A stretch of 64,000 nucleotides of DNA from Subdoligranulum variabile (GCA_004552305.1 SFOX01000008.1:8-64007); one strand, 5' to 3'. Positions 1 through 8,993 are shown, counted from the stretch's first letter. Numbers and translations are program-made. Notes: a model not told the origin generated them from the sequence alone.

Positions 1-95
1 GCAACGGGCGGCATTTATGCCGCCCCTACGAACCAACCCGTTTTTTTCGCGTTTCGGTTAGGTCGCGGGCGGGGCATGCCCCGCCCCTACCGTGC
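1..95. repeat. REP-like hairpin cluster (2 units)
   Basis: gggcggcatttatgccgccc followed by ctac, and ggggcggggcatgccccgcccc followed by ctac. Same unit families as the other intergenic clusters. Confidence 0.8.
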
Positions 96-103
96 CGCAG
101 CAC

Positions 104-2158
104 TTATTCCAGCTCAAAATCGCCGGGCAGCAGCAGCTCCAGGCTGGCGGCGGGGTCGGCGATCAGGCGGCGGGATTGGTTCAAAATCGCCTTTTCCAAG
201 GCGTTGCGCGCCATACGTCCGTTGCCGTTGGTGGCGGCGTCCTCGGCTTGGCGGCGGTCAAACCATTCGGTCAGCGGCTGCTCGCAGCTTTCGTCCAGCC
301 GGTAGCCCTTGCTTTTGGCGATGGAAAGCAAAATTTTGTACAGCTCCGCGCCCGTGTAATCGGGGAATTCGATCTGGTTCGGGAAGCGGCTGGCAAGCCC
401 GGAGTTCGCGCTCAAAAACAGCTGCATCTCCTTGGTGTAGCCCGCCAGAATCACCACCAGATCGTTGTGATGATCCTCAATGCCCTTGACCAGCGTGTCG
501 ATGGCCTCCAAGCCGAAGCTGTCCTCGCCGCCGCGGTACAGGCTGTAGGCTTCGTCAATAAACAGCACGCCGCCCAAGGCGCTTTGAATCACCGTGTTGG
601 TCAACGGCGCGGTATGCCCGACATAGCGCCCCACCAAGTCGGCGCGGGTCACCTCGACCAGCTGCCCGCCCCGCAAAGCGCCAATGGCTTTGAGGTACTT
701 GGACAAAATGCGGGCGATCGTCGTCTTGCCGGTGCCGGGGTTGCCGGTAAAGATCATATGCATATTGATGTCGGCAACCTTAAGCCCCTCTGCCTTGCGG
801 CGCTGCTGCGCCTGCACGTTTTTGGCGATATCACGCACATAATCCTTAATTTCGGTAAGCCCGACGATCTCGTCCAGCTCTGCCTCCACGGCATCGACAT
901 CCCCGCGGTACTGCTGCGGCAAAAGCGCCAGCAGATCCAGCGGTGCCGCGCCGTCCACCGCCATCAGCAGGCGGTCGTTTTCCACACACAGGGCAGCGGG
1001 GGTTCCGGCGGCGGGGGCGATGTCAGCGTCTAACACATACTCGGCAATGGCGCGGTAAATCGTGTCGCAGTAGTCGCGCATCGCCTGCATACCGCGGGTC
1101 TTGCCGTACTGCGCGGCGACAAGGTCGCGCACGGCGGCGTCCATACCCAAGGTCAGCCCGCATTGGCGGCGCACCCGCTGCGCCAGCTCGTTCAGCTCGC
1201 GTGCGGCGATGGCTGCCAGCGACTCCGGGGTGAAGGCTTCGGTGCGGCAGATATCCCCGCAGACGGCGTCCACAAAGCGGGCACCGAAGGTTTCTGCCAG
1301 CGCCGCCTCGCCCTTGCGGGAGAAAAACACAAAATATTTGCCGCCCGCCTTCAGCTCGCCGATGGCACCGGGTGCCAGCGCCGTGCCGACATCCACCAGA
1401 ATGCCGCGCTGCAAGACGTACCGGCTGGACAGCGCCAGTGTGCCGTCCATCGCCAAGGTCGCCAGCATATTCAGATAACCGGGGGCGCAGCCCTCGTAAT
1501 TTTCAAAGGCAAGGACCTCCGCGTCCGATTGCAGCGCGGCGTACAGGTCCTGCAAAAACAGCTTTTCCTGCGCGGGTCCCGGGTACAGGGCAAGGTCCAG
1601 CGTTTCCACCAGCTCGCTGTGCAAAATGCCGCGCCCTGCCAGCTCGCGCACGGTGCAGTCCAGCGCGTAGTGCCGCCCGGTGCCTGCCGCGCCGCACAGC
1701 ACCAGAATGTTGCGCGCCCTGTCGGTGTCGGCGGCGGTACCCAGCACAAAGGGGCGGCGGAACGCCTTGACCAAGGCGGACACAAAGGCGTCCTGCCCCA
1801 GCACCTGCGCACGGATTTTTTCCGCTACACCGGTAAAATCGGCGTGTTCCGGCACGGCGGGCGCAGGGGTAGGGGCGGCGGTCTTGCCGCCCAGCAGACC
1901 GTCCTGCTTCAGGCTGCGGGCTAAATCGCTGCTCATCTTGCGCACGCTGTCGGCGGTGGCAGCGCCCGCCTTTTGCACGGCATCCACGGCACCGGCGGCG
2001 GATTTCTGGCGGCGGTTTGCCTGCTGCAGCGCTTCCAGCTGCGCCTGCATCTGCTGCACGGCGTCCCCGGCCTGGGCGGTCTGCTCGGGCGTGGCGGCAT
2101 ATTTGCCGCCGCCCATCAAGCCGCGCACCCAAGCATCGTATTGATCTTCCAGACCCAT
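104..2158 (-). CDS. AAA+ ATPase, SpoVK/CbxX-like C-terminal module with a degenerate N-terminal P-loop domain
   Basis: 684 aa. Walker A GNPGTGKTT, Walker B VLFIDEAY, SpoVK/CbxX-type tail. N-terminal half has CGAAGTGRH. The ATG lies 3 nt after the upstream stop. Confidence 0.85.
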   Translation of the reverse strand: MGLEDQYDAWVRGLMGGGKYAATPEQTAQAGDAVQQMQAQLEALQQANRRQKSAAGAVDAVQKAGAATADSVRKMSSDLARSLKQDGLLGGKTAAPTPAPAVPEHADFTGVAEKIRAQVLGQDAFVSALVKAFRRPFVLGTAADTDRARNILVLCGAAGTGRHYALDCTVRELAGRGILHSELVETLDLALYPGPAQEKLFLQDLYAALQSDAEVLAFENYEGCAPGYLNMLATLAMDGTLALSSRYVLQRGILVDVGTALAPGAIGELKAGGKYFVFFSRKGEAALAETFGARFVDAVCGDICRTEAFTPESLAAIAARELNELAQRVRRQCGLTLGMDAAVRDLVAAQYGKTRGMQAMRDYCDTIYRAIAEYVLDADIAPAAGTPAALCVENDRLLMAVDGAAPLDLLALLPQQYRGDVDAVEAELDEIVGLTEIKDYVRDIAKNVQAQQRRKAEGLKVADINMHMIFTGNPGTGKTTIARILSKYLKAIGALRGGQLVEVTRADLVGRYVGHTAPLTNTVIQSALGGVLFIDEAYSLYRGGEDSFGLEAIDTLVKGIEDHHNDLVVILAGYTKEMQLFLSANSGLASRFPNQIEFPDYTGAELYKILLSIAKSKGYRLDESCEQPLTEWFDRRQAEDAATNGNGRMARNALEKAILNQSRRLIADPAASLELLLPGDFELE

Positions 2159-2161
2159 GGC

Positions 2162-3292
2162 TTATGCCTCACTTTCTTTGCGGGGAAGTTTGACGGTATA
2201 AAAGTCCTTGACCGAGCATCCGGCGCGCCCGCCACCCGCACAGGCGCAGGCACACGCACAGCTGGATGCACAGGCACACGCGCAGGAGGAGGCACAGCCG
2301 CCCCCGCTGCTGTGGCGTCCCACACCGCCGCCTCGGCTGTGTCCGCCGCCGGCTTTAAAGCCCTTGGGCGGGTCGGTGCGGTGGTAGCCGCTGGGGGGCG
2401 GGGCTGTGCGCAGACGGCGCACGGTGTGGATACCGTTGGTGTACCAGTACCAGTCGTCGGGGTCGATGTCGTCGCCAAAGCCGACGCTCCAGCGGGGAGG
2501 AATGCTCAGCGCAATAACAATAACGATCAGCAATAAAATCAGAAAGGTAACGCCGATCACCTCATCCATAGAGGTGTCTTGGTCGTTGTCGTCCCATGTC
2601 AGCGCATCGTCGGGGCTGTAGGCGGCGTCGGGGTCAAAGCTCTCGGTCACCGGCATGGTGACGTGGACCTCCCCGCCCTGACCGTGTCCCAGCGGACCGT
2701 ACTCCCACAGGAGGTAGTCGCCGTCGGTCGCCATATTGTCGGCGGTGCAGCCGTCGGTCCTACGCCAGCGCACCTCCATCTTTTCCACGCTCAGCTCGTC
2801 AAACCAGCCGGGGGTAAAGGCAAAGTCGGCGGTGCTGTCGGTATTTAAGCGGAACAGGTGGCTCTGATGTACCGAAAACGCAAAATGTACCCGGCTTTCG
2901 GCACCGATCTCGGCGGCGATGTCGGGGGCGTAGTAAGGCTCGGCAAAGGTGATCTTGGCGTAGCTGCCGCCGTTGCCGCTGTACTCGATGTCGGAGATGG
3001 TGTCGGTCAGGGCGGTCAGCTCGTCGGCGTAGGCGTTGGCAAGACCGATTTTGACCCAGGACAGGTAGTCGTCGCGCCCGCCGTCAATGACCTGCCAGTC
3101 GATCTCGTAGGTGATATCGGCAGAGCCGTCCTCCCGCGGGTCCACGGTGACGCGGTAGTAGGGGATGTAGTCCATATCGCCGCTTTCGGCATAAGGGGCA
3201 AGGTCGCCGGCAAAGGCGGCAAGGCAGAGCAGGCACGCCAGCGCACCGACCAGCAAAAACGCGGAAATTTTGCGTACAAGTGTTGTTTTCAT
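2162..3292 (-). CDS. DUF2207-like membrane protein with a C-terminal Gly-rich and (Cys-Ala)n tail
   Basis: 376 aa. N-terminal signal/TM (FLLVGALACLLCLAAFAG), beta-rich ectodomain (YRVTVDPREDGSADITYEIDW), one TM (VIGVTFLILLLIVIVIALSI), tail GGGCASSCACACASSCACACACAGGGRAGC. Its ATG overlaps the upstream stop (TGATG). Confidence 0.7.
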   Translation of the reverse strand: MKTTLVRKISAFLLVGALACLLCLAAFAGDLAPYAESGDMDYIPYYRVTVDPREDGSADITYEIDWQVIDGGRDDYLSWVKIGLANAYADELTALTDTISDIEYSGNGGSYAKITFAEPYYAPDIAAEIGAESRVHFAFSVHQSHLFRLNTDSTADFAFTPGWFDELSVEKMEVRWRRTDGCTADNMATDGDYLLWEYGPLGHGQGGEVHVTMPVTESFDPDAAYSPDDALTWDDNDQDTSMDEVIGVTFLILLLIVIVIALSIPPRWSVGFGDDIDPDDWYWYTNGIHTVRRLRTAPPPSGYHRTDPPKGFKAGGGHSRGGGVGRHSSGGGCASSCACACASSCACACACAGGGRAGCSVKDFYTVKLPRKESEA

Positions 3293-4677
3293 CAGCAGCC
3301 CTCCTGCAGCGGGGTGTCACCCAGCTGGCACTGGCGTTTCATACGGGCACTTTCCTCGCGCACGGTGCGGCAGGATGCGCTGTCCCAGATGCGCTGCCAC
3401 GGCTCGTGCAGGATGTTGCCCAGCCCCTGCCCCGAAAGCCAGCTCTGGCAGGGCAGCACGGTGCCGTCGGGGGCAATGGCCATATTGGACAGGCACGCCC
3501 CACAGCTGGGAATTTGCGTAAAGCCCAGCGCGGTCAGCGTGTCCTCGCTCAGCCAGCCGGGGCTGGTAAAGTTGATCTCCAACCCGTGTTCGGCGGCAAA
3601 CGCCATGGCAGGACGCAGCGCCTCGGTCAGCTCGGCGGGGGTCAGGCGCACGGCGCGGCTTTCGTCCCCGGCGGCGTTGCCGGTGGGGATCAGCCCGCTG
3701 CAGGTCAGGTACCGCACGCCCATGCTGTGGGCAAATTGCACGGTGGCAAGATAATTTTGGTTTAAGCTGCAAAGCGGGGTGTTGATGCTGACGCTCAGCC
3801 CCGCGTCCAAGGCGTTGCGGATGCCGCCCACGGTGTCGGTAAAGCCGTTGGCGCCCACAAGCTGGTTGTGGGTAGCTTCGTCGGCGGAATACAGGGTGAT
3901 CTGCACAGCGTCCAGGCTGGCATCGTGCAGGTCGCGGCAGAGCGCGCTGGTCAGCATACGTCCGTTGGTGTTCAGGCGGGTCACAAACCACTGCGCCGCC
4001 TGCACCAGCTTGACAAGGTCACTGCGCAGGGTCGGCTCGCCGCCGGTAAAGGTCAGCTGCGGAATGCCCGCGTTGCGGCATTTTTCAATGACCGCCAGCC
4101 ACTGGTCGGTGTCCAGCTCCGGCACCTCGGCAAGGGGCTGGCAGGCGGCGTAGCAGTGCAGGCATTTTTGGTTGCAGTGCCACGCGCCGTCCTTGGTCAT
4201 GGCGCTGATCATCAGATCCATGCGGTGGGGCGCTGCCATGCGGGCGGCGTAGTCGCCAAGGCGCATCGGCTGCACCGACACCGGCGGGGTCTTGCCCTGC
4301 GCGATGGCAAGCAGGCAGTCCAGCAGCACCTGCAGGTCGGATTCGATCTGCACGGACGGCGTGCGGCGGTAAATTTTGTGCGCAGCGGCGACAGCCTGCG
4401 CCTGTACGGCATCCCAGTCGGCAGGGGAAAGTTCCTTGCCGGCAAAGGGCTGCAGGGCGTCCATCAGGCAGGCAAGCAGGATCGCCCAGCTGATTTGCAG
4501 CGGCAGGATATCCTGCCCGTTCAGAATGGCAACAAAGGGGGTGGTGCGGTCGGGCTTGCGGCACGGCACCAGATGGATGCGCACCGCGCCGGGACCGTTG
4601 GGGTCCAGCGTGATATGCCGCACGCGGTTCAGGTGGTTGTATACATAAGCGCGCTCAGCAAGGCTGAGAAATTTCAT
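3292..4677 (-). CDS. Radical SAM enzyme with a SPASM-like C-terminal Cys cluster and a ~150-aa N-terminal extension
   Basis: 461 aa. CNQKCLHC (CX3CX2C), GGEPTL, C-terminal CGACLSNMAIAPDGTVLPCQS. RBS GGAGAGGA upstream. Confidence 0.85.
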   Translation of the reverse strand: MKFLSLAERAYVYNHLNRVRHITLDPNGPGAVRIHLVPCRKPDRTTPFVAILNGQDILPLQISWAILLACLMDALQPFAGKELSPADWDAVQAQAVAAAHKIYRRTPSVQIESDLQVLLDCLLAIAQGKTPPVSVQPMRLGDYAARMAAPHRMDLMISAMTKDGAWHCNQKCLHCYAACQPLAEVPELDTDQWLAVIEKCRNAGIPQLTFTGGEPTLRSDLVKLVQAAQWFVTRLNTNGRMLTSALCRDLHDASLDAVQITLYSADEATHNQLVGANGFTDTVGGIRNALDAGLSVSINTPLCSLNQNYLATVQFAHSMGVRYLTCSGLIPTGNAAGDESRAVRLTPAELTEALRPAMAFAAEHGLEINFTSPGWLSEDTLTALGFTQIPSCGACLSNMAIAPDGTVLPCQSWLSGQGLGNILHEPWQRIWDSASCRTVREESARMKRQCQLGDTPLQEGC

Positions 4678-4714
4678 AAAAATTCGTCCTCTCCGGCGGG
4701 ATTTATATGGAAAA

Positions 4715-4743
4715 AGTATACCATAGCCGGGAGAAAATTACAA
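4715..4743 (-). promoter_or_regulatory. Sigma-A-type promoter of the rSAM operon
   Basis: Minus strand TTGTAA-N17-TATACT with TGg extended -10, about 35 nt upstream of the rSAM ATG. Confidence 0.55.
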
Positions 4744-4744
4744 T

Positions 4745-5015
4745 GCAGTCGGGGCGGAAAGTTTGGGGGAGAATTGCCCCGCCCGCGGCTTTACGGAAAT
4801 TACAATATTGCGGGGAATCCGCCGGTATGGCTTCCCCCTTTTGGGGGAAGCTGTCACCGCAAGTGACGGATGAGGGAGCAACTGCCAAACATTTCCCCCT
4901 CATCCGGCGCGTTCCGCGCCACCTTCCCCCCAAGGGGAAGGCTTTCCCGCGGCATAACGGCAATTGCAATCCTACAACCAAGGGAACAATGGCAATACAC
5001 CCAAACACCGCCCTA
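4745..5015. repeat. REP-like cluster including one five-hairpin element copy (4829-4941)
   Basis: Consecutive GC hairpins (cttccccc/gggggaag, gtcac/gtgac, gatgaggg/ccctcatc, ggcgcg/cgcgcc) matching the copies at 17870 and 40629 in reverse orientation. Confidence 0.8.
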
Positions 5016-5086
5016 TAATAAAAAATGTGCCCGCACAGCGGGCACACCCTATCTAAACTCTAAACTCTGCACGCTCAACTCTAAGC
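5016..5086 (-). repeat. Heptad-repeat + terminator-hairpin module (M1), downstream of the ABC ATPase gene
   Basis: Minus strand reads ttagagtt gagcgtg cagagtt tagagtt tagatag ggtgtgcccgc-tgt-gcgggcac attttttatt. Confidence 0.8.
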
Positions 5087-5094
5087 GCAGCGCA

Positions 5095-5827
<733 letters not shown>

Positions 5828-5841
<14 letters not shown>

Positions 5842-6520
5842 GGTTCAGCCCCCTCTCCAAACGCTTTGCCAGACGCGACAGCAGCGTAATGACGATCAAA
5901 TACATCACACCTACGATAAACCAGACCTCCAACGCGCGCATGACGTTGGCGTTGACGTTCTTGGCGGTGTTGACAAGCTCAGGAAAACCGATGACCGACA
6001 AAATCGAGGTATCCTTCAGCGTGATGATAAACTGGTTGATGATGGAGGGGATCATTGTGCGGATCGCCTGCGGCAGCACGACCTTGGACATCGCCTTCCA
6101 GTACGGCAGACCCAGACTGCGGGCGGCTTCCATCTGACCCTTGTCAACGCTCTCGATACCGGCGCGGATGATTTCCGCCATGTATGCGCCGCAGTTCAGC
6201 GACAGGCAGATGATGCCCGCCTGCAGCGCCGTGAACATAAACTTGCTGCCGAACAGTTCAGACCAGTGCAGCGTGTCGTTCATCAGCATCGGCACACCGA
6301 AAAACACAAAAAACGCCAGCACGATCATCGGCACACCGCGGATGATGTCAACGAAAATCGTGGCAATCGCGTTGCAGATGCGGTTTTTCAGTACGCTTAA
6401 AATGCCCACAAACAGACCGATCAGGCAGGCAAAAAACAGGCTCCACAGCGCCAGCAGCAGCGTCTGCCCCATGGCGACCAGCAGCATGGTGCCGTACTCG
6501 GCAAGGATCTTAAAAACCAA
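5828..6520 (-). CDS. Amino acid ABC transporter permease
   Basis: 230 aa polytopic membrane protein of the HisM/GlnP type. Putative TTG start 9 nt after AAGGAG; the start is uncertain. Confidence 0.88.
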
Positions 6521-6603
6521 GGCGAAGGACTCCTTTCGGGTTTGGTTGTTGCGAAAAAAGCGGGGATGCCTGCGAAAACAGGCGTCCCCGCGCTGTATAA
6601 TAA

Positions 6604-7440
6604 TTAGCCCAAATACTTTTTCAGGATCTCGTCATACTTGCCGTTGGCTTTGATGTTGGCAAGACCCTTGTTGAACATATCCAGCAGCTCCTGGCTGTCC
6701 TCGCTGAAAATGGCGAAGCCGTAGGGGGCGGGGTCGCTGGCGGTGTCGTCCAGCACCTTCAGGGCGAGGTCGCCGTCCTTGATGGACGCCTTCATGATGG
6801 GGGTGTCCTCAAAGCAGCCGACGCACTGACCGCCCAAAACTGCCTGATACATCGTGGGGGAATCCTCAAAGTAGGTCAGGTCAAAGCCGTACTCATCCTT
6901 GAGGCTCTCAGCGTAAGTGGCGCCCTGCGTGCCGGTCTTGACGGCAACCATCTTGCCGGACAGATCGGCAAAGCCGGTGATGTCGGAATCGACGGGGACA
7001 GTCAGCGTCTGGTTGGAGTCATAGTAGCCGTCGCTGAAGGTCCAGCCGCTGGCCTTGCGCTTTTCGGTGATGGAGGCACCGGCGATCATACCGTCCGCCT
7101 GACCGGACTGGCAGGCGGCGATGGCGGCATCCCAGCCCAAGGATTTCAGCTCGTACTTAAAGCCCTGATCCTCGGCAATGGCGGCGACGATATCCACGTC
7201 GATGCCCACAAAGTTGCCGGATGCGTCGGTGTACTCAAACGGCTTAAAGACGGTGTCGGTGGCGATGACCCAAGTCTTGTCGGCAGCGGTGGAGTCCGCG
7301 GCGCTCTCGCTGGCGGATGCGCTCTCGGCAGGGGCTGCGCTTTCGGCAGCGGAGGAGGACGCGGTGGAGGCAGCACCGCCGCAGGCGACCAGATAGGCAG
7401 CCAGGACGGAGGTCAGACCCAAAGCAATGAGTTTTTTCAT
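6604..7440 (-). CDS. Amino acid ABC transporter substrate-binding lipoprotein
   Basis: 278 aa. Lipobox LVAC, Ser/Ala-rich linker, type-3 SBP fold motifs (KPFEY, GIDVDI). Confidence 0.9.
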   Translation of the reverse strand: MKKLIALGLTSVLAAYLVACGGAASTASSSAAESAAPAESASASESAADSTAADKTWVIATDTVFKPFEYTDASGNFVGIDVDIVAAIAEDQGFKYELKSLGWDAAIAACQSGQADGMIAGASITEKRKASGWTFSDGYYDSNQTLTVPVDSDITGFADLSGKMVAVKTGTQGATYAESLKDEYGFDLTYFEDSPTMYQAVLGGQCVGCFEDTPIMKASIKDGDLALKVLDDTASDPAPYGFAIFSEDSQELLDMFNKGLANIKANGKYDEILKKYLG

Positions 7441-7559
7441 GTGTAATACCTTCCCTCAAAAACAAAATGATACCGCACCCGCCGCACAGCGGGCGTGATG
7501 CCTTGCGCGGACCCTCTGTTTGACCGCGCCGGGCGTACACGATTTGCAGGTACAGTTTT

Positions 7560-7587
7560 ATTATAGCACGGTCGTTTCAAAAGTCAA
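7560..7587 (-). promoter_or_regulatory. Promoter of the amino acid ABC operon
   Basis: Minus strand TTGACT-N16-TATAAT with TGc extended -10. Leaves a ~110-nt leader. Confidence 0.5.
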
Positions 7588-7794
7588 GAAAAATTCCGGC
7601 TTTTTGATTAATAAAATAAAGTTTTGCGCTGTATTTTAAAATAAAGATTAGTTTATTCTTGCTTTTTCGCGCGGCACTTAACTAAAACAAGCGGCAAACA
7701 TGCATGCGGAAAATGTGGTTTACCCGCCCGTTTTCGGCATTTCCAGCAGGGAAAGCCCCGTATAATAGGTCGTGTGATATCTTGAGAAGGAGCG

Positions 7795-8451
7795 ATGGAA
7801 ATGCTGCAAACCTTAGAACGAAAGACCCATATTTTTGACGCACAGGTGCTGACCGCAGCGCAGTACGATGCCCTGCGCGAGCTGGCAGATCCCGCCGGGC
7901 TGCCCATGCTGGACGCACTGCGCCCCGCCTTGGACAACGGGCAGATCGTGGGCGATTTTGCCGGGCAGGAGCAATTGCAGATCGCCGCGGCACTGCTGCC
8001 GCTGTACGCACAGGACGAGCTGCCCACCCGCCTGCGTGCCGCCGGCTTTGGTGCCGACGGGCAGGGCGCGGTGCTGACCCCGCCGCTGGTACGCGCAAAT
8101 TATACACAGCTGCGCAACTTTTTGCGGCTATCGCTGCGCTGGGCGATCGAGCGGTACGCCAGCTACCACGTTTGGGCGGTGCAGGTGCTGGATTTTAAAA
8201 ACCTGCCTGCCTGCGAGGATCTGTGTGCGCAGTACTTATCCACGGGGCTGACGCTGCGCGCCGTGCTGCCACTGCAGGACACCGACGGGCTGGTGGTTTA
8301 CGCCGCGCGGGGGTTGGCGCATTGGCGCGAGCCGCTGCGCCGCCTGCACCTGAACGACCCCGCCCTGCCCCGCGTGCTGGAGCGCGGCTACGCGGCGGCG
8401 GATTTCGGCTGGAGCAACGAGGGGATGGAGCTGTTGGTAAGACCGCTTTGA
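7795..8451 (+). CDS. Hypothetical protein
   Basis: 218-aa ORF with RBS GAAGGAG and GC3-rich codons. I recognise no family motif. Confidence 0.65.
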   Translation: MEMLQTLERKTHIFDAQVLTAAQYDALRELADPAGLPMLDALRPALDNGQIVGDFAGQEQLQIAAALLPLYAQDELPTRLRAAGFGADGQGAVLTPPLVRANYTQLRNFLRLSLRWAIERYASYHVWAVQVLDFKNLPACEDLCAQYLSTGLTLRAVLPLQDTDGLVVYAARGLAHWREPLRRLHLNDPALPRVLERGYAAADFGWSNEGMELLVRPL

Positions 8452-8454
8452 TGC

Positions 8455-8519
8455 AAGAGTTAAGAGTGGAGAGTTTAGAGTTAAGATAAGGTGTGCCCGC
8501 CCCGCGGGCACATTTTTTA
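8455..8519 (+). repeat. Heptad-repeat + terminator-hairpin module (M2)
   Basis: AAGAGTT AAGAGTG GAGAGTT TAGAGTT AAGATAA GG TGTGCCCGC-cccg-CGGGCACA TTTTTT. Starts 4 nt after the stop codon. Confidence 0.85.
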
Positions 8520-8985
8520 TTGTGGGGGCGGTGGTTGGGGGGTGTTGCCATTGTTCCCTTGGCTGTAGGGGCGAGCATTGCTCGCCTATGCGGTTTGTCC
8601 GTTAAATCGTATTGTTGGGATGGCTGCAACGGGCGGCATATATGCCGCCCCTACAGATGACCCGTTATGTTGTTATAACCGCAAAACCGCGGGCGGGGCA
8701 ATGCCCCGCCCCTGCCGCGCAACATATTTTATTGCCCCGTAGGGCGGGGTGACCCCACCCCGCCGGGGGAATTGGTGGTAGCCGAAAGGCGGCAAGGAGG
8801 GGTCAAGACCCCTCCCTACAAATTGCCGGAAGGTGAGCGGTTATAAGGCAAAACGCCCATTTTCGGCAGGTTTGTAGGGGACGCATATATGCGTCCCGTG
8901 CGGTTTGCCCGGTAGTTTGATTTGCCGGGATGGCTGCAACGGGCGGTATATATGCCGCCCCTACGAACCGCCCTGCGATGGGGCA
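8520..8985. repeat. REP/BIME-like cluster (at least 7 GTAG-flanked hairpins in both orientations)
   Basis: Units gtaggggcgagcattgctcgcc, gggcggcatatatgccgcccctac, ggcggggcaatgccccgcccc, gtagggcggggtgaccccaccccgcc, ggaggggtcaagacccctccctac, gtaggggacgcatatatgcgtccc. Confidence 0.85.
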
Positions 8986-8993
8986 AAATCACA

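Noticed and set aside
3292-4677. PqqE (PQQ biosynthesis) assignment for the rSAM/SPASM protein
   Set aside because: No pqqA/B/C/D genes are nearby. The gene context is a membrane protein and an AAA ATPase.
4703-5047. ORFs through the repeats encoding recurring peptides such as ...GKLSPQVTDEGA...FPLIRR... (also 17228-17989, 40608-40890, 45934-46308, 48072-48799, 63139-63471)
   Set aside because: The similarity comes from the nucleotide repeats, which occur in both orientations and as partial copies. There are no RBSs or consistent starts, and the frames are broken between copies.
8520-8985. Possible CRISPR array
   Set aside because: There is no constant direct repeat with unique spacers of regular length. 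The units are palindromic, of several families, in both orientations, and no cas genes are present.
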